From Syntrophales bacterium (GTDB lineage Bacteria > Desulfobacterota > Syntrophia > Syntrophales > UBA2210), in the NCBI GenBank assembly GCA_963662405.2, contig CAXXKT010000001.1, positions 2,208,001-2,272,000 on the forward strand: 64,000 bases of DNA, in the 5' to 3' direction. The stretch's first letter is position 1, and each line of letters begins with the position of its first letter. The position numbers and the translations under genes were made by a program. The notes under the pieces are model-generated. The model had not been told where the DNA came from. It did not search any database and worked only from the letters and a program-made list of their open reading frames with translations. This document shows positions 9,940 to 19,337 of the stretch, in pieces.

Positions 9940-10002
9940 ATTTTAACCATGGGCCTGTTTGACAGGCTCTCCATGAATTGACTTTTTATAGGAGTTAAAA
10001 AT

Positions 10003-10677
10003 ATGACAATAAGCGATGCACTAATGATAATAGCCGTTTTAGCTGCTCCTTTCCTAGCGGTTTTTGCACAAAGACAAATTGATTTATGGCGGGAACAAAG
10101 ACAAAGAAAATTATGGGTTTTTAAAACACTTATGGCCACACGTGGTCGAACTTTGTCTCCAGAGTATGTACAAGCTCTAAACATGATAGAACTTGAATTC
10201 CAAAAATCTTCTGAGAAACCTATCCGCGATGCATGGAAAGAGTACCATGATCATCTAAACTCTTATCCTCGTGAAGGTGAAAATCAGAAGGAGAGAGCTG
10301 CTGTGTGGGATGAAGCGTTGGCAAAACTGCTTGCTAATCTTCTTATTAAGATGAGTAAGGCTTTCTCATATGAGTTTGACGTAGTACAAATAAAGAAAGG
10401 GGCTTATTCACCTAAAGGTCATGCAACCACAGAAATCGAACTTCAGTTACTTAGGCGTTTTGCACTAGAATGGCTTGCTGGTGAAAGGAAGGTGTCTGTT
10501 TCAATAGTGCCTAAAGACGATGAGTCCGCTAAACAAGGTCAAGTATTTATGGCTGGTTTATCGGGCATTATCGAAGGCCAAAAACAAATAAAAGTTGAAT
10601 TGGTTTCTCAAATGGATGGTGATGACAAGCCGAACAATACTAATTCAGCCGACGCAAAAAGCCGCGCGGCTGATTAG
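10003..10677 (+). CDS. Hypothetical cassette protein with an N-terminal TM helix
   Basis: RBS AGGAG; hydrophobic N-terminus; FKTLMATR...VQALNMIELEF; stop lies inside attC. Confidence 0.8.
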   Translation: MTISDALMIIAVLAAPFLAVFAQRQIDLWREQRQRKLWVFKTLMATRGRTLSPEYVQALNMIELEFQKSSEKPIRDAWKEYHDHLNSYPREGENQKERAAVWDEALAKLLANLLIKMSKAFSYEFDVVQIKKGAYSPKGHATTEIELQLLRRFALEWLAGERKVSVSIVPKDDESAKQGQVFMAGLSGIIEGQKQIKVELVSQMDGDDKPNNTNSADAKSRAAD

Positions 10678-10681
10678 TGCC

Positions 10682-10821
10682 GTTCAGGGGGCGCTCCGCG
10701 ATAAGACCGCTCCACACCCCCTGAACATGCGGCGGCTGCCCTGAGCTGGTTCGCTCGGCGCGCAGCGCCTCCCGAACCAGCGGATGGACTTGTCCCCTGC
10801 GGGGCAGGTCATCCGCCGCAT
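10682..10821 (+). repeat. 140-bp ORF-less mini-cassette, copy 3
   Basis: Begins at an attC GTT and is followed by GTTATAGC. Confidence 0.95.
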
Positions 10822-10846
10822 GTTATAGCAATTTAATGATAAAAAT

Positions 10847-11998
10847 ATGGTAGATACGCAAAAATTAAATAGGTCATTAGATTTAATATTGAAAGATTTT
10901 ATTCCTGATGATGAAGCCAATCAACACTGGAGAGATCCGAATGCCGGTCACCTAGCAAATATCAAATTTGAAGATAAGCCTCCTCCGTATATTGTTTTTA
11001 TTATATTTGTATACTTAAAAAAGTACTCATTTGGAGGCCAATGGGAAAAAGTTAATTGGGAAATACCAATTAAGTATAAAAATGTACCCATGATGTTAGC
11101 ACATAAAAAATTTGGGTTCCAAATTCTAACATATTCTGGCGTACCTAAGGATAATCAAATAGCTATTGAAGCACTAAATAAAATAAAAAAAGCAATCCCA
11201 ATAGCAGAAAAACTAATTCAACCGACTATAAAAAGTCTCGTAGATTCTGGAAAAATCACTATTTCAAACGATTATTATCAGCTTCGATCACGCTATGAAT
11301 ATTTTAGAAATGAAGCCGAGTCTCATTTATTAAACAATGAAAAAGAAGACTTTGATTTCAGTTCCTTTCAAGACCACTTAACCGCACTTAATTCTTGGTT
11401 ACAGCAAAAAAATAAAGGCGCCAATTATGCTTTTGCCATGATTGATTCATACTTTAGTCTGCTTGAGCACGTATTAGTATTGATAAAACCTTTCATCACG
11501 ATTTCTGAAACTGAAACTGAATTATCAAAATTTGTAGGACAATACTGGGGTGATAAATATAAAAAACTCTTTGATATAACAAAGGGTGGTCTTCCAAAAG
11601 TTCATTATGATGCGCTTTACGAAGTAAAAGAACGTTATCGGAACATCGCATCACATGGTAATTTTGAAAAAGGTGGTGGTTCGTTTTTAGTCCATATGCC
11701 ACACATAGGTGCGATTCCAATGTCACTAACCCAAAATAAATCACATTTTACTTTTTCAACGCCAAATGAACTTGAATTTGCAGCAATATGTAGTGTTTTT
11801 GATAGTTTTGATAACTTTCTTGATAGTGCCAGTATGACAAAATATGGGATGTTGTATATTAAGAGTGGCAATCATGTCATATTTGATGATGATACAAAAA
11901 GCACCTATTTAAATGCGATGAAATCTGAAAAAGATTTCAATGAATTTATTGAGTATATGGAGCAGCAATTTAATGATGCTTTAAATATGGATTGGTAA
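10847..11998 (+). CDS. Hypothetical cassette protein with a HEPN-like RxxxxH motif
   Basis: 383-aa AT-rich ORF bounded by GTTATAGC/GCTATAAC; RNIASH in a helical context. Confidence 0.75.
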   Translation: MVDTQKLNRSLDLILKDFIPDDEANQHWRDPNAGHLANIKFEDKPPPYIVFIIFVYLKKYSFGGQWEKVNWEIPIKYKNVPMMLAHKKFGFQILTYSGVPKDNQIAIEALNKIKKAIPIAEKLIQPTIKSLVDSGKITISNDYYQLRSRYEYFRNEAESHLLNNEKEDFDFSSFQDHLTALNSWLQQKNKGANYAFAMIDSYFSLLEHVLVLIKPFITISETETELSKFVGQYWGDKYKKLFDITKGGLPKVHYDALYEVKERYRNIASHGNFEKGGGSFLVHMPHIGAIPMSLTQNKSHFTFSTPNELEFAAICSVFDSFDNFLDSASMTKYGMLYIKSGNHVIFDDDTKSTYLNAMKSEKDFNEFIEYMEQQFNDALNMDW

Positions 11999-12157
11999 AG
12001 CTATAACAAATAATTCAACTCGGAATGTCTAAAAGCGCTTTCGCGCTTCTAGACATCCGGTTAATTATGCTGTTAGCAATGAAAAAGCAGAGTATTTTGA
12101 GGTTGTTTTTGCATAATAATAGTTTAACAGATTAATTCCATTTTTTCGGAGAGTTAA

Positions 12158-12487
12158 ATGAAGTGGATACTTTTATCAATTGCTATATTGTCAGAACTTG
12201 GTGGTTCAACATGTATGAAGTTATCAAATGGATTCACCAATATTCCAGCTTCAATTATGACATTTGTCTTTTGGGCTATCTCATTTAGTATTTTCATATT
12301 TGCGCTTAAACACTTTGACTTAAGCTTTATTTATGCTCTTTGGGCCGGCGTTGGAATTTTATTGGTATCAGTAATTGGTATGACCTATTTCAAAGAACCA
12401 GTAAACGTAATGAAGGTTATTTCAATTCTTATCATTGTTGTAGGTGTTGTGATGCTCAACTTGAGCGAAATTTTAACAAATCAATAG
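12158..12487 (+). CDS. SMR-family small multidrug efflux protein (cassette)
   Basis: 109 aa, four TM segments, W..L.IAI.SE, KLSNGF, YALWAGVG. Confidence 0.92.
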   Translation: MKWILLSIAILSELGGSTCMKLSNGFTNIPASIMTFVFWAISFSIFIFALKHFDLSFIYALWAGVGILLVSVIGMTYFKEPVNVMKVISILIIVVGVVMLNLSEILTNQ

Positions 12488-12624
12488 ATTAAAAGATTGC
12501 TAACAAAGCCATTAAGGCGGACCGCAATCGCACTCGGTACGGGCAAGTACACCTTTCATGGCAAACAAGTTGTTAACTCAAAATAGGTGCAGCGGCTGCT
12601 TATGGCCAGAGTTAGCGATGAAAT

Positions 12625-13164
12625 ATGAAATATGTTAATTCAAAGATGGTTGATATTTCAGAAGTAGTAATTCGGGAGTTAAAAAATGAAGAATTTTGGA
12701 TTCTTGAAGAATTACTATATGAGGCGATCTTTCAACCTGATATTCCGAATCCAATTCCACGCGGTATAATTGATACCCCAGAAGTTAGAGTATATATTAA
12801 GGATTTTGGACAAAAAGAAGATGATTATTGTCTAGTAGCTGGTATAAATGAACAAATTTTGGGAGGTGTTTGGGTTCGAGTATTAGCTGGTGACATCAAA
12901 GGATTTGGTAACATAGATAGTGAAACTCCTGAATTCGCGATATCAGTTTTCAAAGAATTTCAAAATCAAGGAATTGGCAAGCTTCTCATGCGGGAGATGA
13001 TCTACTACTTGATTAATAAAAAATACAGTCAAGCGTCTCTGAGTGTTCAAAAAGAGAATTATGCGGTCAAGATGTACAAAGAGTTTGGATTTAAGATATT
13101 AACTGAAAAAGGTGAAGATTATTTAATGATACTGAAATTAGTAAACAATCCAAGGAATAAATAA
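12625..13164 (+). CDS. GNAT acetyltransferase (cassette)
   Basis: V.KEFQNQGIGK, N.AVKMYKEFGF. Confidence 0.9.
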   Translation: MKYVNSKMVDISEVVIRELKNEEFWILEELLYEAIFQPDIPNPIPRGIIDTPEVRVYIKDFGQKEDDYCLVAGINEQILGGVWVRVLAGDIKGFGNIDSETPEFAISVFKEFQNQGIGKLLMREMIYYLINKKYSQASLSVQKENYAVKMYKEFGFKILTEKGEDYLMILKLVNNPRNK

Positions 13165-13260
13165 GAATCCGCTAACAAAAGGCTGAAGTCCGACCATGCC
13201 CGCCAAAAAGCAGCGACCATGGCGGCTTAGCCACGTGTTGGGCTACAAAAAGGAAATAAT

Positions 13261-13977
13261 ATGAAAACCATTTTTTCAGCAATCGTGCTTGTCTTGCTTG
13301 TCTCTATACCAGCATTGGCAACTGATATTAAATTGCCACACATAGTTGTATATGGAACAGCAGTATTGGAAATCACCCCCGATGAAATGCTTTGGGCCCT
13401 TAATGTTACAAATAAGGCTTCTAACGTAGAAGAGGTGGCAGAGCAGCATTCTGAAATAGTACAATCTGTTATCATTTTTCTTGGCAAGGCCAATATTGAC
13501 ATTGATGATATTCAAACTTCCAGAATGCAGTTCGGTGAAAATTGGGGATACAAGAACAACTCAAGGGTAAGAGAAGGCTATTTTGCTTCTACCCAAATCT
13601 CTTTCAAGTTAACCGTCTTTGACAAATATAAAAGTCTTTGGTCAGGCTTAGCAAATATAAAAAATGTATCTATCCAAAATGTGGATTATGACCACTCCAA
13701 ACGAATTGAATTCCAAAATAAAACAAGGCTCAAAGCCTTATTAGCCGCGAAAGAAAAAGCAATCACGATGGCAAATACTTTGAACACTTCCATTGCAGAG
13801 CCATTGTTAATCGAAGAAGATTTATCATTCGATAAAAACCCTATGAACCAGAATATTCTAATGGTTAATAAAGCAAGTTCAAGGGCTGAACCGCAAAGTC
13901 TCGGAGGTTCATTTGCTCTTGGTAAAATACCAATTCGAGCAAGAGTTAAAGTTGCCTATCGGCTAATTAATCAATGA
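13261..13977 (+). CDS. SIMPL/DUF541-like periplasmic protein (cassette)
   Basis: Signal peptide; I.V.GTA...I.PD, DIQTS, ALLAAKEKA..MA. Confidence 0.8.
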   Translation: MKTIFSAIVLVLLVSIPALATDIKLPHIVVYGTAVLEITPDEMLWALNVTNKASNVEEVAEQHSEIVQSVIIFLGKANIDIDDIQTSRMQFGENWGYKNNSRVREGYFASTQISFKLTVFDKYKSLWSGLANIKNVSIQNVDYDHSKRIEFQNKTRLKALLAAKEKAITMANTLNTSIAEPLLIEEDLSFDKNPMNQNILMVNKASSRAEPQSLGGSFALGKIPIRARVKVAYRLINQ

Positions 13978-14054
13978 TAAAAGCCCAACAAAATTTTCAA
14001 CCCGCCTTTCCCCGCAGCTCGTTCCTCGCTCTGGGAAAAGCGGGTTAAACAGGC

Positions 14055-14194
14055 GTTCAGGGGACGCTCCGCGATGAGATCGCTCCACGCCCCCTGAACA
14101 TGCGGCGGCTGCCCTGAGCTGGTTCGCTCGGCGCACAGCGCCTCCCGAACCAGCGGATGGACTTGTCCCCTGCGGGGCAGGTCATCCGCCGCAT
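14055..14194 (+). repeat. 140-bp ORF-less mini-cassette, copy 4
   Basis: Five substitutions relative to copy 3. Confidence 0.95.
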
Positions 14195-14913
14195 GTTAGG
14201 GCTTAAGAAAAAATGTCACAATTATCCTACGCACGAATAATGCTGGAGCAAATGGGGATACCATTTGAGGATATTCCAACATCAGATGAAAAAATGAAAA
14301 AGGAGGCGGATTTTCTAGCAAGTTTTGGTGATTCCAGAGTGCTTATCGAAGAAAAACTAAAAGAGGACGATCTGAGCTATCTTTCAGTTAGAGGACAGGA
14401 ATTAGAGGCTGGAGGAATCCATGAGCATTCTGTTCCACTGACACGAGATGAGACTATTTCGGGCATAATAAGGCATGCTGCGAAACAACTCAAGTCCTCA
14501 TCAGACAAGCCACATGATTTTCGATTATTGTGGTTTACTGCAACCGGCGTAGCAGCCGAGGCCAAAAGTGAACAGTTCATGGCAACACTTTATGGCCGAA
14601 CAAATATCATAGAGCGCGGCGCTAATGGCTACAAAAGGTGTTACTATTTCCGATATAGTGACTTTTATCGACGTTCAGCAATAATAGATGGTGCAGTAGC
14701 TGCATTCGTGGAGGATGCTTCCATTACTTTGAAACTCTGCTTGAATTCTTTATCCCCGAGATATTTAAACTTAAAACACTCAAGTGTTGTTAAACCTTTC
14801 AGGACTGCTGTTGAAGATCCCTTGGAACTTGAAACCAGAGGGAGTGCTTTTATATTAGATAACGATATTGATCGAAAAGACGAACAGAAACTGCTTGAGT
14901 ATCTAAAAAATAA

Positions 14914-15649
14914 GGGTCTTGACTAGAACAGCACACGGAAATATGTTAAGAGTCTAGTCATGTCAATAAGTAACAAGTATGTAAAAAATTCCAAAATTTC
15001 AGAGGCAAAATTTAGAGAGATCGTGAAGTATTTTGCCTTCGATTTGGATGCTCAAACCATCGCTCTTTTAACAAAACTCAATAGAAATACGGTGAATCGA
15101 TATCTGTCTTTGATTCGTCAACGTATAGCTGATCTGTGCGAAGAAGAATCACCATTTCAGGGTGAAATCGAGGTTGACGAATCATATTTCGGTGCAAAAC
15201 GTATCAAAGGGAAACGAGGCCGTGGGGCCGGGAGAAAAACCCCTGTATTCGGTATCCTGCAACGAAAAGGCAGTGTCTATACCGAAATCGTTCCCGATTG
15301 CGCCAGGAAGACTCTCCAGGCCATTATCAGGGGCAAAGTTGAACCGAATAGTGTCATACATTCAGATAGTTGGAGAGGCTATGATGGTTTGGTTGACTTG
15401 GGATACAAAAAGCATTACCGTGTTCATCACGGAGCCAATGAATTTGCCAGGGGGAAAAGCCACATCAATGGCATTGAATCCTTCTGGTCATTCGCAAAAC
15501 GGAGGCTGATGAAGTTCCATGGTATTCCACAATCAACCTTTTACCTGCATCTCAAGGAATGTGAGTTCCGGTTCAACAACCGTAACACCGATATCTATAA
15601 ATTGTTGTTAAAGAACTTCAAAAATAAACCGCTGTTCTAGTCAAGACCC
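14914..15649 (+). mobile_element. IS1595-family element, copy 1 (736 bp)
   Basis: 19-bp perfect IRs GGGTCTTGACTAGAACAGC; 8-bp TSD AAAAATAA. Confidence 0.95.
14960..15640 (+). CDS. IS1595-family transposase
   Basis: EVDESYFG, HSDSWRGY, HINGIESFWS, HLKECEFRFN. Confidence 0.95.
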   Translation: MSISNKYVKNSKISEAKFREIVKYFAFDLDAQTIALLTKLNRNTVNRYLSLIRQRIADLCEEESPFQGEIEVDESYFGAKRIKGKRGRGAGRKTPVFGILQRKGSVYTEIVPDCARKTLQAIIRGKVEPNSVIHSDSWRGYDGLVDLGYKKHYRVHHGANEFARGKSHINGIESFWSFAKRRLMKFHGIPQSTFYLHLKECEFRFNNRNTDIYKLLLKNFKNKPLF

Positions 15650-15818
15650 AAAAATAAATATAAAACTGAGCCCTTAATGACAATTGACCTCGGCTACACG
15701 AGTGCTTCAATACTATTGCCGGAGGGTGAGCCCTAACCTTTTGCTTCACCGGATTCGGGCCAAAAAGCGGGCCTCTACGGTGAGCAATGCGTTATAACTA
15801 TGAGATGCGAGAAGTGAA

Positions 15819-16085
15819 CTACGATAGATTTCTGTAAATATCTTTTCGGTGGCCAATTTTGACGACCAAAATGACAAGGATATCATCTTGGATTTCATAA
15901 ACGATCCGATAATCTCCAACCCGAACTTTATGAAAAGGGTTGTTTCCCTTCATTTTTGTCGTTTCGGGGCTTGGAAGATTTTCTGCAAAGCTATCAATCT
16001 TCTCAACTATTCGCACTCTGTCAACTTTTGGAATCTTCTTAAGGGTTTTCGCAGCGGAATTCTTAATCTCAATTCGGTAGCTCAA
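15819..16085 (-). CDS. RelE/ParE-family toxin (inverted TA cassette)
   Basis: KVRVGDYRIVYEI.D..LVILVVKIGHRKDIY. Confidence 0.92.
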   Translation of the reverse strand: MSYRIEIKNSAAKTLKKIPKVDRVRIVEKIDSFAENLPSPETTKMKGNNPFHKVRVGDYRIVYEIQDDILVILVVKIGHRKDIYRNLS

Positions 16086-16333
16086 AGTTCAAGCTCCTTT
16101 TTAAACTCCTCCCAAGGTATTGGGTCGCCGGGTTCATTTTTGGCTTTCCAGGTATCTTCAATATCAATCTGTTCTTCTAACTCTTGTAACAATTTGAGTT
16201 CTTTTATTGATACTATTGCAGCTAATGGTTCGCCACGGCGTGTCAGAACAAATGATTCATTTCCAAAGGCTACTCGATTTAAAATATTAGAGAATTTTTT
16301 TCTGGCATCTGCGGTCGTTATTTTGTTAAGCAT
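16082..16333 (-). CDS. Phd/YefM-family antitoxin
   Basis: TADARKKFSNILNRV...VLTRRGEPLAAIVS; overlaps the toxin start. Confidence 0.9.
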   Translation of the reverse strand: MLNKITTADARKKFSNILNRVAFGNESFVLTRRGEPLAAIVSIKELKLLQELEEQIDIEDTWKAKNEPGDPIPWEEFKKELEL

Positions 16334-16552
16334 AACTTTGCTCCAATTGTTTGTTTTGTACACCAAGTACAGATGGTACCACATTCGATCGGTTTGTCAA
16401 CAAATTCTATTTAATATAATAATAATCGGTTATAACATCACCATTCACAAAGGACTCGCAGGGGCGGACCGCCTTAGTTTTAGCATATTTTAGTGTTGAA
16501 CTCTCATTTGCGAAGTCCGATAACCCTGCTCGCCTGTGATGGTGGGCGTTAA

Positions 16553-17011
16553 ATGGAAAAAATGATAGAATTTAACGAAATCTCTCCAGACTTGGTTCCT
16601 CAAAAACTGTTACTAGAAGCGGATCCATCAATTGAACGAGTAAATCAATATTTGGAAGGCTCATTATGTTATGCGGCTGTAATTCAGAAAGAAATAGTTG
16701 GAGTCTGTGTTTTAAATTCCATAGACAAAAACAGAATTGAGTTATTCAATATCGCTGTCTTACCGGAAAACCAGAAATCAGGTATTGGGTCACAATTACT
16801 CCAATTTGTTCTGGACAGTGTTAGAGAGAAAAATTTTGAATCAGTGGAATTAGGGACTGGTACGTTTGGTTATCAATTGACATTTTATCAACGTTTTGGA
16901 TTTCGAGCGGACTCAATACTCAAAGACCATTTCATCAACAATTATGATGAACCAATTTTTGAAAATGGTATCCAGCTTAAAGACATGTTACGACTTATTT
17001 TGAAGCTGTGA
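16553..17011 (+). CDS. GNAT acetyltransferase (cassette)
   Basis: LLLEADPS, NIAV...QKSGIG, FYQRFGF. Confidence 0.9.
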   Translation: MEKMIEFNEISPDLVPQKLLLEADPSIERVNQYLEGSLCYAAVIQKEIVGVCVLNSIDKNRIELFNIAVLPENQKSGIGSQLLQFVLDSVREKNFESVELGTGTFGYQLTFYQRFGFRADSILKDHFINNYDEPIFENGIQLKDMLRLILKL

Positions 17012-17072
17012 TAAGAACCATTTAACAAATGCGCTTTCAGCCGACGCAAAAACCTCGCGGCTGAAACGGGAC

Positions 17073-17211
17073 GTTCAGGGGACGCTCCGCGATAAGACCG
17101 TTCACGCCCCCTGAACATGCGGCGGCTGCCCTGAGCTGGTTCGGTTGGCGCGTAGCGCCTCCCGAACCAGCGGATTGACTTGTTCCTTTTGGGGTAGGTC
17201 ATCCGCCGCAT
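17073..17211 (+). repeat. ORF-less mini-cassette, copy 5 (139 bp)
   Basis: About a dozen changes relative to copy 3; outer arms intact. Confidence 0.93.
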
Positions 17212-17235
17212 GTTCAGGGTTACAAGGAGAGAATA

Positions 17236-17676
17236 ATGAAAATTTCAAGAGTTACAATACTAACGCTTGGCGTAGCCGATTTGGGTAAAGCGACAGAATT
17301 TTATGAGGCTGTACTTGGCATCCCTCCAAACAAATCTTTTGATGGAATCACTTTCATTGAGCTTCCAGGAACATGGATTGCTCTTTATCCTCTTGAAAAA
17401 CTTGCAGAAGATATTTCACCTGATGTTTCTGTTACTCGCAATGGGTTTAGTGGAGTTACGCTTGCCCACAACGCCGGAAGCAAGGAGGAGGTTTTAGAAA
17501 TTGTGCGGCGCGCGGAGTCAGCAGGTGCTAGGATTGTTAAGGAGCCTAAAGATACTGGATGGGGTGGTTTCAGTGGATACTTTGCCGACATTGATGGCTA
17601 TTACTGGGAGGTAGCTTGGGGACCAATGTTTGAGTTCACAGAAAATGGCGAAATGACATTTAAAAGAAAACCATAA
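17236..17676 (+). CDS. VOC/glyoxalase-family protein (cassette)
   Basis: LTLGVADL.KA.EFY, TLAHN, WGGFSGYFADIDGYYWEVAW. Confidence 0.92.
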   Translation: MKISRVTILTLGVADLGKATEFYEAVLGIPPNKSFDGITFIELPGTWIALYPLEKLAEDISPDVSVTRNGFSGVTLAHNAGSKEEVLEIVRRAESAGARIVKEPKDTGWGGFSGYFADIDGYYWEVAWGPMFEFTENGEMTFKRKP

Positions 17677-17771
17677 CAACTGGCTCAACAGCGGACTTGC
17701 CCAAAACGCTTGCGCGTTTTCAGCCAGCCGGTTAGGCGGAGCGTTGGGTCCAGAAGAAGAGGAATACAGAC

Positions 17772-18908
17772 ATGCGCACATTTCTCCAATCACTTGTCGT
17801 TGTTTTGCTGCTTTCAACATCCGCCTGTGCCATGGAGCCTGCCACACCGGAACTGGACAAGACGTTTGATGGCCAGTCCAGTGACCTTGAATCAACAGCT
17901 ATTGTGCCGACTCTCGATGCGGAGATTGCCGATGGACAGAATGCCGTGTGGTGTTCGTCATTCCTCACTGCATGGAAATCACTAGCCACAAACATTGTGA
18001 GAGCTGATATCTCCCTTGAAGGTTCGCCGCAGACAGCGGTCGCCCTAAACAATGCAGATGACCCGACACCTCACAATCCAGAAGGATCAACATATGTCGC
18101 GACCGGTTGGAACAACAAAGGCGTACTTGAGAAGATCCGAAAGGAACTCAAGGTTGCCTTCCCAGGCAAACCAGCTCCCACTTTCCCGGATATCATGCCT
18201 GACTCCTTCGTCGCATACTCATACCTTGAAGCGAACGTGAAGTTCGACCTTCCTTACTTCCAGAACCGCAAGCCTCTGGAGTTCACCGATTCGCAAGGAG
18301 AAAAGACGAAGCTCACATCGTTCGGCATCCGGCCGGAGGATGACTACGCTTACTATAAGCTTCGGAGTCAACCACGTATTCTGTTTCGCAAGGGTGGTCC
18401 AGGTGAAGAAGTTGAGTTGGAGTTCGCGATAGACCTTTGTGCCGCATCCTCGCCGAGCCAGGTAGTAGTTGCGCGGATCAAACGAGAACCCACCCTAGCC
18501 AAGGCGCTTGACCGAATTAGAAAGGAACTGAAGGGATTCGAGAAACTGAAACAGAAGAATCCAGACTATACGAAGTATCTGGAGAATATCGGGCCCAATG
18601 ATGTCCTCTTGGTTCCTGATCTCTTCTGGGAGATTTCCCATCATTTGTCCAACCTTGAAGGCAAGCAATTCCTGAACGATCCTCTGAAGGGACAGCGTCT
18701 CGATGTAGCTCAGCAAGACATCCTCTTCCGTCTGGATCGCAGTGGAGCAGAGCTGAAATCTGAATCGAAGATGTTCTGTGCCCCCATCCCTACATACTTC
18801 GTGCTCGATCGTCCTTTCCTAATCTACATGAAGAACCGGAATGCAGAAGAGCCGTACTTTACCATGTGGGTCGATAACGCAGAATTACTAACGCCATGGA
18901 CGAAGTGA
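17772..18908 (+). CDS. Secreted or lipoprotein hypothetical protein with a serpin-like C-terminus (cassette)
   Basis: Signal peptide ending TSAC; FRLDRSGAE...FVLDRPFLIYM. Confidence 0.65.
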   Translation: MRTFLQSLVVVLLLSTSACAMEPATPELDKTFDGQSSDLESTAIVPTLDAEIADGQNAVWCSSFLTAWKSLATNIVRADISLEGSPQTAVALNNADDPTPHNPEGSTYVATGWNNKGVLEKIRKELKVAFPGKPAPTFPDIMPDSFVAYSYLEANVKFDLPYFQNRKPLEFTDSQGEKTKLTSFGIRPEDDYAYYKLRSQPRILFRKGGPGEEVELEFAIDLCAASSPSQVVVARIKREPTLAKALDRIRKELKGFEKLKQKNPDYTKYLENIGPNDVLLVPDLFWEISHHLSNLEGKQFLNDPLKGQRLDVAQQDILFRLDRSGAELKSESKMFCAPIPTYFVLDRPFLIYMKNRNAEEPYFTMWVDNAELLTPWTK

Positions 18909-18995
18909 GAAGACAGGATCCAACCAGAAAATGCAGAGTATTGTCGCGTCGCCGCGCCAAACCCTGGTTTTGATCGTTCGATTTTCAGAGATACT

Positions 18996-19053
18996 TGTAC
19001 AACTTACTGTACAATTTACTGGACAAATCATTTTTTACTCTCTATACTTGTAC
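18996..19053 (+). promoter_or_regulatory. Likely YefM-type operator repeats
   Basis: TGTACA at 18996 and 19008, TGTAC at 19049; TGTACA is the known E. coli yefM operator core. Confidence 0.55.
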
Positions 19054-19082
19054 GGTAAACAGAACAACTGTGGAGGATAAAA

Positions 19083-19337
19083 ATGAGAGTCATAAATTTT
19101 AGTGAAGCAAGAAATAAACTGAAAGCAATATTAGATCAAGTTAACGATGATGCTGACTACACCGTAATTACGCGAAGAGACGCTGAAGACGCAGTAGTAA
19201 TGTCCTTGGATACTTTCAACAGTTATCTTGAAACATTTCATCTTTTAAAATCTCCTGCCAACGCTGAGCATCTTGCGAAATCTATCGCTCAATATAAAAA
19301 TGGTGAAGCAACTGAAAGAGAAATGATCAATGAATAA
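19083..19337 (+). CDS. yefM: YefM antitoxin
   Basis: FSEARNKLKAILDQV..D...ITRR...VVMSL...ETFHLLKSPANA.HL. Confidence 0.93.
   Translation: MRVINFSEARNKLKAILDQVNDDADYTVITRRDAEDAVVMSLDTFNSYLETFHLLKSPANAEHLAKSIAQYKNGEATEREMINE

Larger units (their letters stand above)
8608..9994 (+). mobile_element. IS110-family element inserted in a cassette Shine-Dalgarno sequence
   Basis: AGGAG at both junctions (8603-8607, 9990-9994); subterminal IRs ATAAAAAGTCTTCATG (8613-8628) / CATGAATTGACTTTTTAT (9972-9989); DEDD recombinase. Confidence 0.9.
14213..15736 (+). pseudogene. Cassette gene (PD-(D/E)XK-like) interrupted near its 3' end by IS1595
   Basis: ADF...IEEK motif; removing the IS and one TSD restores ...YLKNKYKTEPLMTIDLGYTSASILLPEGEP*, ending in the attC R'' box. 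Confidence 0.8.
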
